Below are positions 28,365 to 36,984 of a DNA stretch of 55,501 nucleotides, one piece after another (within the stretch, counting starts at the first letter, position 1; each line of letters starts with the position of its first letter). The notes beneath the pieces were generated by a model. The model did not search any database. It saw only the letters and a list, made by a program, of their open reading frames with translations, and was not told the DNA's origin. A program made the translations under genes and the position numbers. The stretch is from Patescibacteria group bacterium (lineage in GTDB: Bacteria; Patescibacteriota; Microgenomatia; UBA10105; UBA927), in assembly GCA_023379025.1 (NCBI GenBank), contig JAMCTH010000012.1, positions 1 through 55,501 on the forward strand. Reading direction: 5' to 3'.

Positions 28365-30587
28365 ATGAAACAAACGTTTTTCACCGTCATCATTTTCTTC
28401 ATTCTCGTATGCCTGACCACTGCCTTTTTTACCTTCCGGCAGGCAAACCGCGAGTCGCAGCGTCTCACGACCGACCTTCAATACAGGACAACGCTCCTTG
28501 CGGACAGCCTCAAAGATAAAGTAGAGCCGTACGTGGTTTATGAAAACAAACCCGTACTCACGCGGATCATTACGACGTTCGTTGACGACAAGCGGATCAT
28601 GGGGGTCATGCTGTTTGACAACAAGGACAATCTTATCGCTTCCTCATCCGCCGATTCTACCGTTTCCGCAGAGATGACGACGCTCATCGCCAACTCCATG
28701 GACGAGGATAAAGTCAGCGCGGACACGCTGACGCTTGCAAAGAAAAAAGTCTATGTGTTTGCGCTTCCGCTTCATCAGGATACGAATGTCGTGGGTTCGC
28801 TTGTCCTTACCCAGAACGCCGGATTCATCGATGACCGGATCACCGAGATCTGGCGGACAAACATCATCCGTCTCGGTGTCCAGGCCACGATCGTATTTCT
28901 CGCCATATTCCTTACCCTCCGGTTTATCATCTACACACCGATCCACGATCTTGTAGAGTCCGTCCAGGCACTCCGCACCAATCCCGGTGACTCGAAAGCC
29001 CGCCGTCTCCCGGATAATTTCATGTTGCGGCCGCTCATCCGGGAGATCTCCCACGTCAATCAAAGCCTCATCGAAGCCCGTATGGCGGCAAGCGAAGAAG
29101 CAAAGATGCGCATCGAAAAACTCGACTCGCCGTGGACCGAACAGCGCCTCCACGAATACATCAAGCAAATCCTGAAAGACCGGACGATTTTTGTCGTCTC
29201 CAACCGGGAGCCGTATATCCATGTAAAAAGGGGAAATGACATTACCTATTACGTACCGGCGAGCGGCATGGTAACGGCTATTGAGCCTATGGTTCGTGCC
29301 TGTAACGGCACGTGGATTGCCCACGGAAGCGGCTCGGCCGACCGCCTGGTTGTCGATAAGCATGACGCGATCAGAGTCCCTCCGGATGAGCCGGGTTATA
29401 CCCTCCGGCGGGTATGGCTTACCCAGGAAGAGGAAAAGCGCTATTACTACGGATTTGCCAACGAAGGCCTGTGGCCGCTTTGCCATATGGCTCACACCCG
29501 TCCGGTATTCCGGGAAGAAGACTGGCACACCTACAAGGCGGTCAACGGCAAATTCGCCGAAGTCATACTCAAAGAAATGAAAAACACCGGCCACCCGCTT
29601 ATTCTCATACAGGATTACCATTTCGCAGCGCTTCCACGCATGATAAAAAATGCCCGTCCAGACGCGCAGATCGGTATGTTCTGGCATATTCCCTGGCCCA
29701 ACGCGGAAGCGTTTGGCATCTGCCCCTACCGCGCGGACATCCTGGACGGCATGCTCGGCGCGGACCTCATCGGGTTCCATACCCAGCTTCACTGCAATAA
29801 TTTTATCGAAACCATAGGAAGGGAACTCGAGTCGCTGATCGACTGGGAACAGTTTTCCGTCAAAAAAAACAGCCATACAAGCTATGTCCGTGCATTCCCG
29901 ATCAGCATTGCGTTTTCAGGTCGTCCTGAGGAGAAAAAAGGCGATGAGGGCGCACTCGTCAAGGAACTCAATCTCACCCCGGTAAAATATATCGGGGTCG
30001 GCGTAGACCGCCTCGACTATACGAAAGGCATCATAGAGCGCCTTAAGGCTATCGAGCTCCTCCTTGAGGAAAAGCCGGCGTACCGGAAAACCTTCACCTT
30101 TATCCAAATTGCACCACCGAGCAGGAGTCAGATCGCCGCGTATCACGCGCTCGAGACACAGGTCGAAGAAGAAACGAAACGCATCAATGCCCGGTTCCGG
30201 TCCGGCAGCTGGCAGCCCATCATACTCCTCAAAAAACACCATACGCACGGGGAAATCAACCGGTTTTTCAAAATAGCCAACGTGTGTCTTGTCACCTCGC
30301 TTCATGACGGCATGAATCTCGTTGCCAAGGAATTCGTCGCCGCGAGAAGCGATGAAAAAGGCGTCCTCATCCTTTCGAAGTTTGCCGGAGCCTCGCGGGA
30401 ACTGAAGGAAGCGCTCATTATCAATCCCTATGACATCCGCGAGCTTTCCGAAGCCATCAATACATCCCTCCAGATGAGCATTCTCGAGCAGAAATCGCGG
30501 ATGAAGGAGATGCGCGATACGGTCGGCCGGAACAATATTTACCGCTGGTCGGCAGACCTTCTCAAAACGCTGGTTGAGATCGAATAA
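28365..30587 (+). CDS. otsA: trehalose-6-phosphate synthase (GT20) fused to an N-terminal TM-extracytoplasmic-TM-HAMP-like module
   Basis: VSNREP, QDYH, FWHIPWP, DRLDYTKG, DGMNLVAKE; ~250-aa receptor-like N-terminus. Confidence 0.9.
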   Translation: MKQTFFTVIIFFILVCLTTAFFTFRQANRESQRLTTDLQYRTTLLADSLKDKVEPYVVYENKPVLTRIITTFVDDKRIMGVMLFDNKDNLIASSSADSTVSAEMTTLIANSMDEDKVSADTLTLAKKKVYVFALPLHQDTNVVGSLVLTQNAGFIDDRITEIWRTNIIRLGVQATIVFLAIFLTLRFIIYTPIHDLVESVQALRTNPGDSKARRLPDNFMLRPLIREISHVNQSLIEARMAASEEAKMRIEKLDSPWTEQRLHEYIKQILKDRTIFVVSNREPYIHVKRGNDITYYVPASGMVTAIEPMVRACNGTWIAHGSGSADRLVVDKHDAIRVPPDEPGYTLRRVWLTQEEEKRYYYGFANEGLWPLCHMAHTRPVFREEDWHTYKAVNGKFAEVILKEMKNTGHPLILIQDYHFAALPRMIKNARPDAQIGMFWHIPWPNAEAFGICPYRADILDGMLGADLIGFHTQLHCNNFIETIGRELESLIDWEQFSVKKNSHTSYVRAFPISIAFSGRPEEKKGDEGALVKELNLTPVKYIGVGVDRLDYTKGIIERLKAIELLLEEKPAYRKTFTFIQIAPPSRSQIAAYHALETQVEEETKRINARFRSGSWQPIILLKKHHTHGEINRFFKIANVCLVTSLHDGMNLVAKEFVAARSDEKGVLILSKFAGASRELKEALIINPYDIRELSEAINTSLQMSILEQKSRMKEMRDTVGRNNIYRWSADLLKTLVEIE

Positions 30588-30592
30588 CGGTT

Positions 30593-31405
30593 ATGACCCA
30601 TGCTGCTGCTCGAACTGAGGAGGCGGATAATTCACGGGCCGCTCTCGTTGTAGCGCTTGATTTTGACGGCACGCTGGCGCCGATTGCCCGGTCCTCCCGG
30701 CAGGCAACGATCGGAGCGGCTCCACGTGCGGTTCTCCGTCGGCTTGTATCACTCACGGCGGTCCGGCTTGCCGTCATATCCGGAAGAAGTCTCAATGATA
30801 TAAGAACGAAGGTCGGAGTCAGCGGCATTACCTATGCAGGAAACCACGGACTCGAATGGAGTCTCGATGGCATAACGGCGAACGCGCCCGTACCCGCCGG
30901 CGAAAGCCGGGCTGTCCGTTCCTGCACACGAACATTAAAACCGTTCGAGTCGCGTTTTCCCGGATGTACCGTCGAGGATAAAGGCATGACGGTTGCCCTT
31001 CATTACCGCGGTGTCCGGCCGCGGATGCGGAGCCGTCTCCTGAGAGCGCTTTCCGGTACCCTTCGTGACCCGCGCCTGGCATCCCGCATACGGATCATCC
31101 GCGGGAAAATGGTCTTTGACGTCCGGCCGGCCTTCCCCTGGACCAAAGCAGACTTTATCCGGCTTCTCCTCCGGCATGAGCGCTTACCGGCGGCAACCGG
31201 CCGGCTCATCTATATCGGGGACGACGCCACCGATGAGGATGTTTTTTCGGCATTTCCGTCCGCCATGACGGTCCGGGTCGGACGGGGGAAACGGACCTTC
31301 GCGCGTTACCGCATCCGCTCACCCAAAACGGTGACTGCCTTCCTTTCTCTGCTCGTTGCCCGGTATGAAACTCAGAAACCTGCCGTCGCTCACCGTTATG
31401 CCTGA
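30593..31405 (+). CDS. otsB: trehalose-6-phosphate phosphatase
   Basis: LDFDGTL, ISGR, GNHG.E, GDDATDED HAD motifs; next to otsA. Confidence 0.92.
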   Translation: MTHAAARTEEADNSRAALVVALDFDGTLAPIARSSRQATIGAAPRAVLRRLVSLTAVRLAVISGRSLNDIRTKVGVSGITYAGNHGLEWSLDGITANAPVPAGESRAVRSCTRTLKPFESRFPGCTVEDKGMTVALHYRGVRPRMRSRLLRALSGTLRDPRLASRIRIIRGKMVFDVRPAFPWTKADFIRLLLRHERLPAATGRLIYIGDDATDEDVFSAFPSAMTVRVGRGKRTFARYRIRSPKTVTAFLSLLVARYETQKPAVAHRYA

Positions 31406-31440
31406 ACCATTACGGATATGAGAGCGCAGCAGGTGTACGA

Positions 31441-32955
31441 TTAATGGGTGCGAAGGCCCGTTTTGCGGAATGCATAAAACGACCCGGTGTGGACGAGAAG
31501 GGTATAGGCAGGATCCCCGAGCAACCGAGCGACCGCCTGGCTTTGCGCCTTCCTGCTCGGCCATGCATACTGGTCCCCGAGAAGCGCTACCACGTAATCG
31601 GCGTGCTCTGCATTCACGGGAAACGTATAAAGGTGCTCGCGGTCGGAAAAATGCGCCCCGATGTTATTGGTTGCCGAGACGGAATACCGCGACGGTATGG
31701 ACATAGCTGCAGAAAGGATTGCCGATGCTTCCGGAGGTCGTGTCTGAAAATACCGGAACCGGCTTTTTGCGCCGTACGGATACTCTCCCCAGAGGTAAGA
31801 AGACCACGCCGTGCATAGGAAAAAAACGAGCGCTATGAACGCGGTAGCCCACCGCGCGGAAATAACCCGTGACAGGAATTTCTCAAAGGTTTTCCATCCG
31901 TAAACAGCCGAGACGAACACCCACGGTGTTATGCCGCTCGTATACTGGTAATCGATCATCCGCATCAGCGTATCGCTGCTTAATACATTGATTGCAAGGT
32001 TTGGAAGCGTCAGAAGGAGCAGCTGGGGAGCGAAAAGACTGAAAAACCCTACGGGAAACAGCAGCTGGAAATAATAATAGAGGCGGTCGGGTGCTATGGC
32101 CGTACCGATGGCGGCAACCGGGTGAAGCAAAAGGCTTTTGACGATATCGCTGATATTTCCTCCGTAATCCGAAAGGTAGATAAGCGCCCAATGCTGACCC
32201 GAAGGCGTCACCGAAGGGATAAATTTCCAAAAGAGAAGGTAAAAAATCACACTGCTTACGGCCGTCACGGCAAGACCGAAAGCGCGGTACTGTTTCTTTG
32301 CGATCCATAGAATACCGAGGAGCGCCGTTACGGCCCAGAACTGTTCCTTTCCCATGGCGGCCAGTCCCGCAAATACGGCAAAAAGCCATGGCCTGTCATC
32401 GACAAGATACCAGAAAGCAAACAGGAGAAAGGGCGTCGAGATGGAAGTAGCGTGGAAATCATGAAGGGCATTGAGGCCGACGGTCGGGTAGAGAAGGTAG
32501 GATACGCTCAGGAGGTAAGCAACCCATTCCTTCTTGAGTACTTTTTGGGCAAGCCAAAAAAGCGGTATGGCGCCGGAGGCGAGTGCGATCGCCTGAACGA
32601 TGAGAAGCATCCGGGGATCGGACCACAGGAAATAGAGTGGCGCCATAAGTATGAGGAGAAAGTCCGCATGTATGGCAAGCCGTGATTCCTGGGCCGTACC
32701 CATAGGATCCGTCAGCGTAAAGCCGTTCCCATGCGCCACGTTCCACACCGTCTGATCCATATTCCCGAGATCAATCCGGAGCGAATGGATGTTTTCATGC
32801 CGGGCAAAGGAGAGGAATAGGAAATAGCCGATAAACAAAGCTATCGACAGACAGAGGAGGTTCCTCCAGGTTCCGGTCCGGGAAGAAAGCGCTTTTATGT
32901 GTGGGGATGAAGCGGATCGCTCCGTACCACGTTGTTTCGGTTGGTGTGTTGCCAT
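31441..32955 (-). CDS. DUF2079-like multi-TM protein (GT-C type glycosyltransferase)
   Basis: DLG..DQ.VWN..HG, L..H...I, DFH motifs; many TM helices. Confidence 0.75.
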   Translation of the reverse strand: MATHQPKQRGTERSASSPHIKALSSRTGTWRNLLCLSIALFIGYFLFLSFARHENIHSLRIDLGNMDQTVWNVAHGNGFTLTDPMGTAQESRLAIHADFLLILMAPLYFLWSDPRMLLIVQAIALASGAIPLFWLAQKVLKKEWVAYLLSVSYLLYPTVGLNALHDFHATSISTPFLLFAFWYLVDDRPWLFAVFAGLAAMGKEQFWAVTALLGILWIAKKQYRAFGLAVTAVSSVIFYLLFWKFIPSVTPSGQHWALIYLSDYGGNISDIVKSLLLHPVAAIGTAIAPDRLYYYFQLLFPVGFFSLFAPQLLLLTLPNLAINVLSSDTLMRMIDYQYTSGITPWVFVSAVYGWKTFEKFLSRVISARWATAFIALVFFLCTAWSSYLWGEYPYGAKSRFRYFQTRPPEASAILSAAMSIPSRYSVSATNNIGAHFSDREHLYTFPVNAEHADYVVALLGDQYAWPSRKAQSQAVARLLGDPAYTLLVHTGSFYAFRKTGLRTH

Positions 32956-33343
32956 CGGTATCTTTGGCGTCTTATGCAGAATATATCACGCTCCGGTGAA
33001 TTTCTTATGAAGAGTGCCTCATGCCGGACACGCTTGGCCAATTGTGTCACCGTTTTTCACGCTCTGCAAGCGGGCTAGGTGGGAACGCTATCAACTGTGG
33101 GCAACCGCTTTCTCTTGTGCAGATGAAGCGATCAAATACGAACCACTTCTAGACTCCATTTTATCACATTGGAAACCTCTTAACCTAGACTATAAAAATA
33201 TTGTCTTTGAAGAGACAAATATGACGACCGGATTCAGTGAGGCTGGTTTTTCCTATCTGTACTGATAAGAGGCAGACTATTGAACCATGTATGTATAAAC
33301 GGTGCTCTCAGCCTCAATTTAGGTCATCTGGTAAAATATAATA

Positions 33344-34090
33344 GTGAAATACTATTTAGATTACTTTCAACACGTGCCTCAAGACGACTTCGGCTGGTCT
33401 TCAGAATGTAATTCTGAAGTAAATATATGGCTAGAGTATTTATATACAATTAACCCCGCTCATTATGAACTAAATAAGAAACGAGTGCTTAAGGACAAAC
33501 AGCGTGATGAGTTTCTAGGAGAAATAAAAACTCTGTATTTTCTCGGTAAAATACTGGGATTAGAGACTGTTGCACTGGAGCCTAACGGAAAAGGAAATAC
33601 GTTGCTTGATCTGTCTATTCAGGATTTAGGTGGAGTTTTGTGGAAAGTTGAGGTAAAAGCACCGTCGTGGAAAGGGCAAATATGGAAAGATCCAAGTTTG
33701 ACTGATGAAATGAAGAAGGCGCGCACCTCTCTGCCAAAGTTCATTAACGGTCAAGGAGGATCTTTTTCGTCTGAGGAAGAAATACAGTACGCGGCGGAGG
33801 ATTCAATAAAAAACGCCCTTCCTAAATTTATGTCAGGCGACAATAACCTTCTCGTCATTACTCCGGATATGTATCAACAAATTATCACGATGCTTGCGAT
33901 CTCGGCAATGGCCGGGGGCAGCACGACTATACAAAATACGTTACGGGTTAAAGATGCGCGCAAGTTAATATCTACAGTTTTAATTTTAGAACCAGTCTTG
34001 CCTTCCGAATCCGGCAGGGTTGAGTATTGGCATAGATTTATAAAAATTACCTCACGACCTTCATTGCCCCCAATAGCTAAATTTGTCTAG
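33344..34090 (+). CDS. hypothetical protein with PD-(D/E)XK nuclease-like motif
   Basis: GE...LLDLSI...KVEVK arrangement; AT-rich. Confidence 0.55.
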   Translation: MKYYLDYFQHVPQDDFGWSSECNSEVNIWLEYLYTINPAHYELNKKRVLKDKQRDEFLGEIKTLYFLGKILGLETVALEPNGKGNTLLDLSIQDLGGVLWKVEVKAPSWKGQIWKDPSLTDEMKKARTSLPKFINGQGGSFSSEEEIQYAAEDSIKNALPKFMSGDNNLLVITPDMYQQIITMLAISAMAGGSTTIQNTLRVKDARKLISTVLILEPVLPSESGRVEYWHRFIKITSRPSLPPIAKFV

Positions 34091-34330
34091 AATTTATATT
34101 TCTAGCCCATATTGTAACGAAAGTGCGTATTACAGGACAGAGACATTATATTTGTTGAAGCTAAGTAGAAACAAAGACGTCGCACCTCGTTGATTGTGCG
34201 ACTGCTAAATACTCCCATTATTGATTTGGCAAAATTATATGTATGTATTTTTAAGTATATCAAACTATTACAATTTTTACTATTTATAGCTAGGAACGCC
34301 CCTGTACCCTGCCTGCTTGTAACCACCGCT

Positions 34331-34367
34331 CCCGCCCGCTCCCCCCGGCGTTGGGGGGAAGGGCGGG
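34331..34367. repeat. GC-rich inverted repeat/hairpin
   Basis: CCCGCCC-GC-TCCCCCC-GGCGTT-GGGGGGA-A-GGGCGGG. Confidence 0.8.
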
Positions 34368-34438
34368 CTCGTTTGATCATGTCTTCTCCTCGCGCGCGGA
34401 GGGTGTGGGCGCTTTTGGAAACGGCGTATAATAATGGT

Positions 34439-35041
34439 ATGGCCAATACCGGACACAAACTCGCACTTGCCCTGGAAACCGCCTCGGAAATTTCGGGGAA
34501 GGTGATGGATTTGCGGGTGCTTATGGCGAAGATGACAGAACACCAGCGCACTCTATTTGCCTACCTTGTAAAGGGTTACAGTGAGCTAGAAACGCTCCTT
34601 CTTGCCGGTCGGATGGAAGAACTCGCTCACGTGGTTCCGGTGGTCACGACGACTACCGGCACTATGATAAAAACCGGCGCTCTACGGGCATTAAGCGACC
34701 TCAAACAGCTTGAGCCCGGGAGTCTTGCTGCGCTTGAGAAGCTCGCGAGGGAACATGTTCAAGCTTCTATTGGGACGTTTAACTACCAACAGCCATTGGA
34801 GGATATTTCCTGGTTTTTCAAACTGCTTGCGCCTCAGGCCGCGCAAATTGTCACGGAGATTATGGAAGACACGAAGGTAGCGGCCCAAACCCGTCTCACG
34901 GCCGCCAATAGTTTGTTAGACCGCGCTGGATATCGCCCAACGGAAAGTATTAAGAGAGTGGAACTGCCTGTTAGGGTAATTATTAACCCGCCTCCAACAA
35001 TTCAACAGGGCGAAGTGGTTAAAGGGACAGCAGCAACTTAA
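34439..35041 (+). CDS. phage terminase small subunit-like HTH protein
   Basis: MTEHQR.LF..L.KG.S......AG N-terminal HTH pattern and RL.AA..LLDRAG; TATAAT 6 nt before this ATG. Confidence 0.55.
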   Translation: MANTGHKLALALETASEISGKVMDLRVLMAKMTEHQRTLFAYLVKGYSELETLLLAGRMEELAHVVPVVTTTTGTMIKTGALRALSDLKQLEPGSLAALEKLAREHVQASIGTFNYQQPLEDISWFFKLLAPQAAQIVTEIMEDTKVAAQTRLTAANSLLDRAGYRPTESIKRVELPVRVIINPPPTIQQGEVVKGTAAT

Positions 35042-35226
35042 GAAGTAAAAACGTTAAAACCCCGCTTGACGCATACAGGATCTATAGTGTATTTCGTGAT
35101 AAGGTACGCCATAATCGTATGCGTCTTTGTCACATCTGGCCTTTGAAGCTTCATAATATAAAAACAGAATAAATATAACGATGATACCTAAGGTGGTAAG
35201 TGAGCCTTTTAAAATCCGTTTCATGT

Positions 35227-36288
35227 CTACTCAGTTAGCTTTTGTTTAGATTTAGTAAATAATCTCCCCATTTTAATAATTAGTGCTCCCAAAATTAATA
35301 AAACCATTGTTGATATGGCAAAGAAGAGCCAACTACCAAACAAGGCGAGGAGTACATTTGTTTTTCTTAGAAAGATAAAAAACGAGACTATACCTAACAA
35401 AAATGTAAGAACTAAAACGCGCTTAGCAATAATTGTGGAAGTCTGTATAGAAATATCTGACGTATATGTATTGTCATTTGCCGCCTCAACTTGTTTGAGA
35501 TACCGACCCAATAAAATCTTAGCCTCAAAACTACCAACGGATTCACCTTGTAAACCCTCTATTACTTTGGCCGGAATGTTAACTAATAAATTACATCTGG
35601 TACAAAACGCTGGAAAGTTATTAGTATCCAACTCTAAATTTTCATTGATGCTTTTGAAATCAAAATAAACGTGGGTGGTTGATTTATTACAAAAATTACA
35701 GGGGTAGGACAATCTAAAAGCAAAGGGTTCTCTTGTATTCATTTTTTTTGTCTCCATTTCTGCGGGACTTAAAAAGCTCCCTGCTGGTTTCTTTCCGACT
35801 GGAACATTTTTAGAATAAAGCTGACGTGCTTGTGTTAAATATTCGTTAACATCAAGTTTGTAAGTTACAGAACTTCCATATTTTTCTAAGACCTGATTAA
35901 TTTGTTGAGTTTCCGGTATGGCATCTACGCTTTTACCATAATGTGCCCTATCAATAATTTGTTTGAATCTTAAACTCTGGACGACCAGGTTGCGAATCTC
36001 TGGATTATTATCCATAAGCGAATTAGCTTCCGCCGGAATTTCTTTAATAATTTCTGCGATCTTTTCCTTTAACGGACTTGCTGATTCAGCCATTACCTTT
36101 TCTACGGACGTACCCATTAGATAATTCATGGTTTGAGCCGCGAGCACTTGAGCAGTCCACTCCTCTCTTTCGCTTTTAAACTTTAGAAAGAGTTCGTCAA
36201 AAATCGTTATACTTATCAGTTTGTAGCCTTCAAAAATTTCTTTCTCAATTTTTCTACCTCCAAAATAGTCTTTGATAAAATCAAACAT
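35227..36288 (-). CDS. hypothetical protein with Zn-ribbon and two C-terminal TM helices
   Basis: CNFC...CTRC, hydrophobic C-terminus, SD GGAGGT, AT-rich. Confidence 0.75.
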   Translation of the reverse strand: MFDFIKDYFGGRKIEKEIFEGYKLISITIFDELFLKFKSEREEWTAQVLAAQTMNYLMGTSVEKVMAESASPLKEKIAEIIKEIPAEANSLMDNNPEIRNLVVQSLRFKQIIDRAHYGKSVDAIPETQQINQVLEKYGSSVTYKLDVNEYLTQARQLYSKNVPVGKKPAGSFLSPAEMETKKMNTREPFAFRLSYPCNFCNKSTTHVYFDFKSINENLELDTNNFPAFCTRCNLLVNIPAKVIEGLQGESVGSFEAKILLGRYLKQVEAANDNTYTSDISIQTSTIIAKRVLVLTFLLGIVSFFIFLRKTNVLLALFGSWLFFAISTMVLLILGALIIKMGRLFTKSKQKLTE

Positions 36289-36324
36289 TTTACCTCCATT
36301 TCAAGCTCACTGAGTCAAGCCAAC

Positions 36325-36474
36325 AAAAAAGCTCCCCGCCAGTGGTAGCTTACGCTACCCATAACCCTTTCGGATCATGACCTTCGCAGGTGCTCTGAAC
36401 GGAGAGCTTACTCCTGCGAAGGTTTTTCAGCCATGCCCCCGGAATGACCAAAGGGTTTAGGCCTATTAACTTGT
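36325..36474 (-). ncRNA. candidate structured leader RNA/attenuator (RNA-A)
   Basis: nested stems (11-bp perfect plus ~14-bp), GUAA-capped hairpin, competing pairing followed by U6; own promoter TTGCGT-17-TAGAAT. Confidence 0.6.
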
Positions 36475-36480
36475 ATAAGT

Positions 36481-36550
36481 ATTCTAAATCAGTAAGATAA
36501 AATACGCAACCTAAAATAGGTTGACAAGGATGCATGAAAAATGCTAGTGT
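36481..36550. promoter_or_regulatory. back-to-back promoters with palindromic operator CAACCTA-AAA-TAGGTTG (36507-36523) overlapping both -35 boxes
   Basis: minus: TTGCGT 36509-36504 / TAGAAT 36486-36481; plus: TTGACA 36521-36526 / TAGTGT 36545-36550. Confidence 0.6.
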
Positions 36551-36556
36551 GAACGT

Positions 36557-36787
36557 ACAATTAAATAATCGGTATGTTCTATTTTGAACAAGCCGCGGAC
36601 ACTGAAATTAGTTATCTGTCTGGGAATAAGTACGCTTTTCAACCAAAAGAGTGTCACTCACAGATTAACAGTAACTAATAGAGTCCAGGAAAAGCTCAAA
36701 ATGAACCGGTTGACCAATGCAGGATAACCTGAAGGCAACTAATTCATCTTGAGCTTTTTATTTGCAGCCTTTGGGGGCTGCTTTTTT
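36557..36787 (+). ncRNA. candidate structured leader RNA/attenuator (RNA-B) upstream of the recombinase operon
   Basis: long irregular hairpin 36567-36711, competing stem 36690-36758, terminator GCAGCC/GGCTGC+T6. Confidence 0.55.
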
Positions 36788-36802
36788 GTTGTGAAAATAC
36801 CC

Positions 36803-36979
36803 ATGGAAACCATCAAACAAAATGAGGAACCACAACCGACTCAGAAGACTACGCCTCCTGACGACGCAGCTATACAAAAATTGGTAGAAATAATGCGTAT
36901 GGTTGACTTGGATGACCCCGACGCCAAATTAAATGCAACTACCATAAGCGATGGCAAGGGTGGAAGAATCCTCCTATAA
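36803..36979 (+). CDS. small hypothetical protein (58 aa) upstream of the recombinase
   Basis: ATG after the leader terminator; ends 5 nt before the recombinase ORF. Confidence 0.5.
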   Translation: METIKQNEEPQPTQKTTPPDDAAIQKLVEIMRMVDLDDPDAKLNATTISDGKGGRILL

Positions 36980-36984
36980 TATCC

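Noticed and set aside
28320-28367. TPP riboswitch or hammerhead in the otsA leader (CTGAGAG)
   Set aside because: The remaining conserved cores are missing
769-32746. Many long antisense or alternate-frame ORFs (e.g. 4877-6046, 7309-8430, 11118-12320, 28644-29876)
   Set aside because: Shadows of well-supported genes in GC-rich DNA; no motifs
32960-33340. att direct repeat of the tRNA-Leu 3' end; ORF 33014-33265
   Set aside because: No convincing repeat found by eye; the ORF has no motif and may be a remnant
36325-36500. c-di-GMP-I riboswitch identity for RNA-A (GGCCTAAAC...TATGG)
   Set aside because: The GGCAAA...GAAA...ACGCAAA 5' stem is absent
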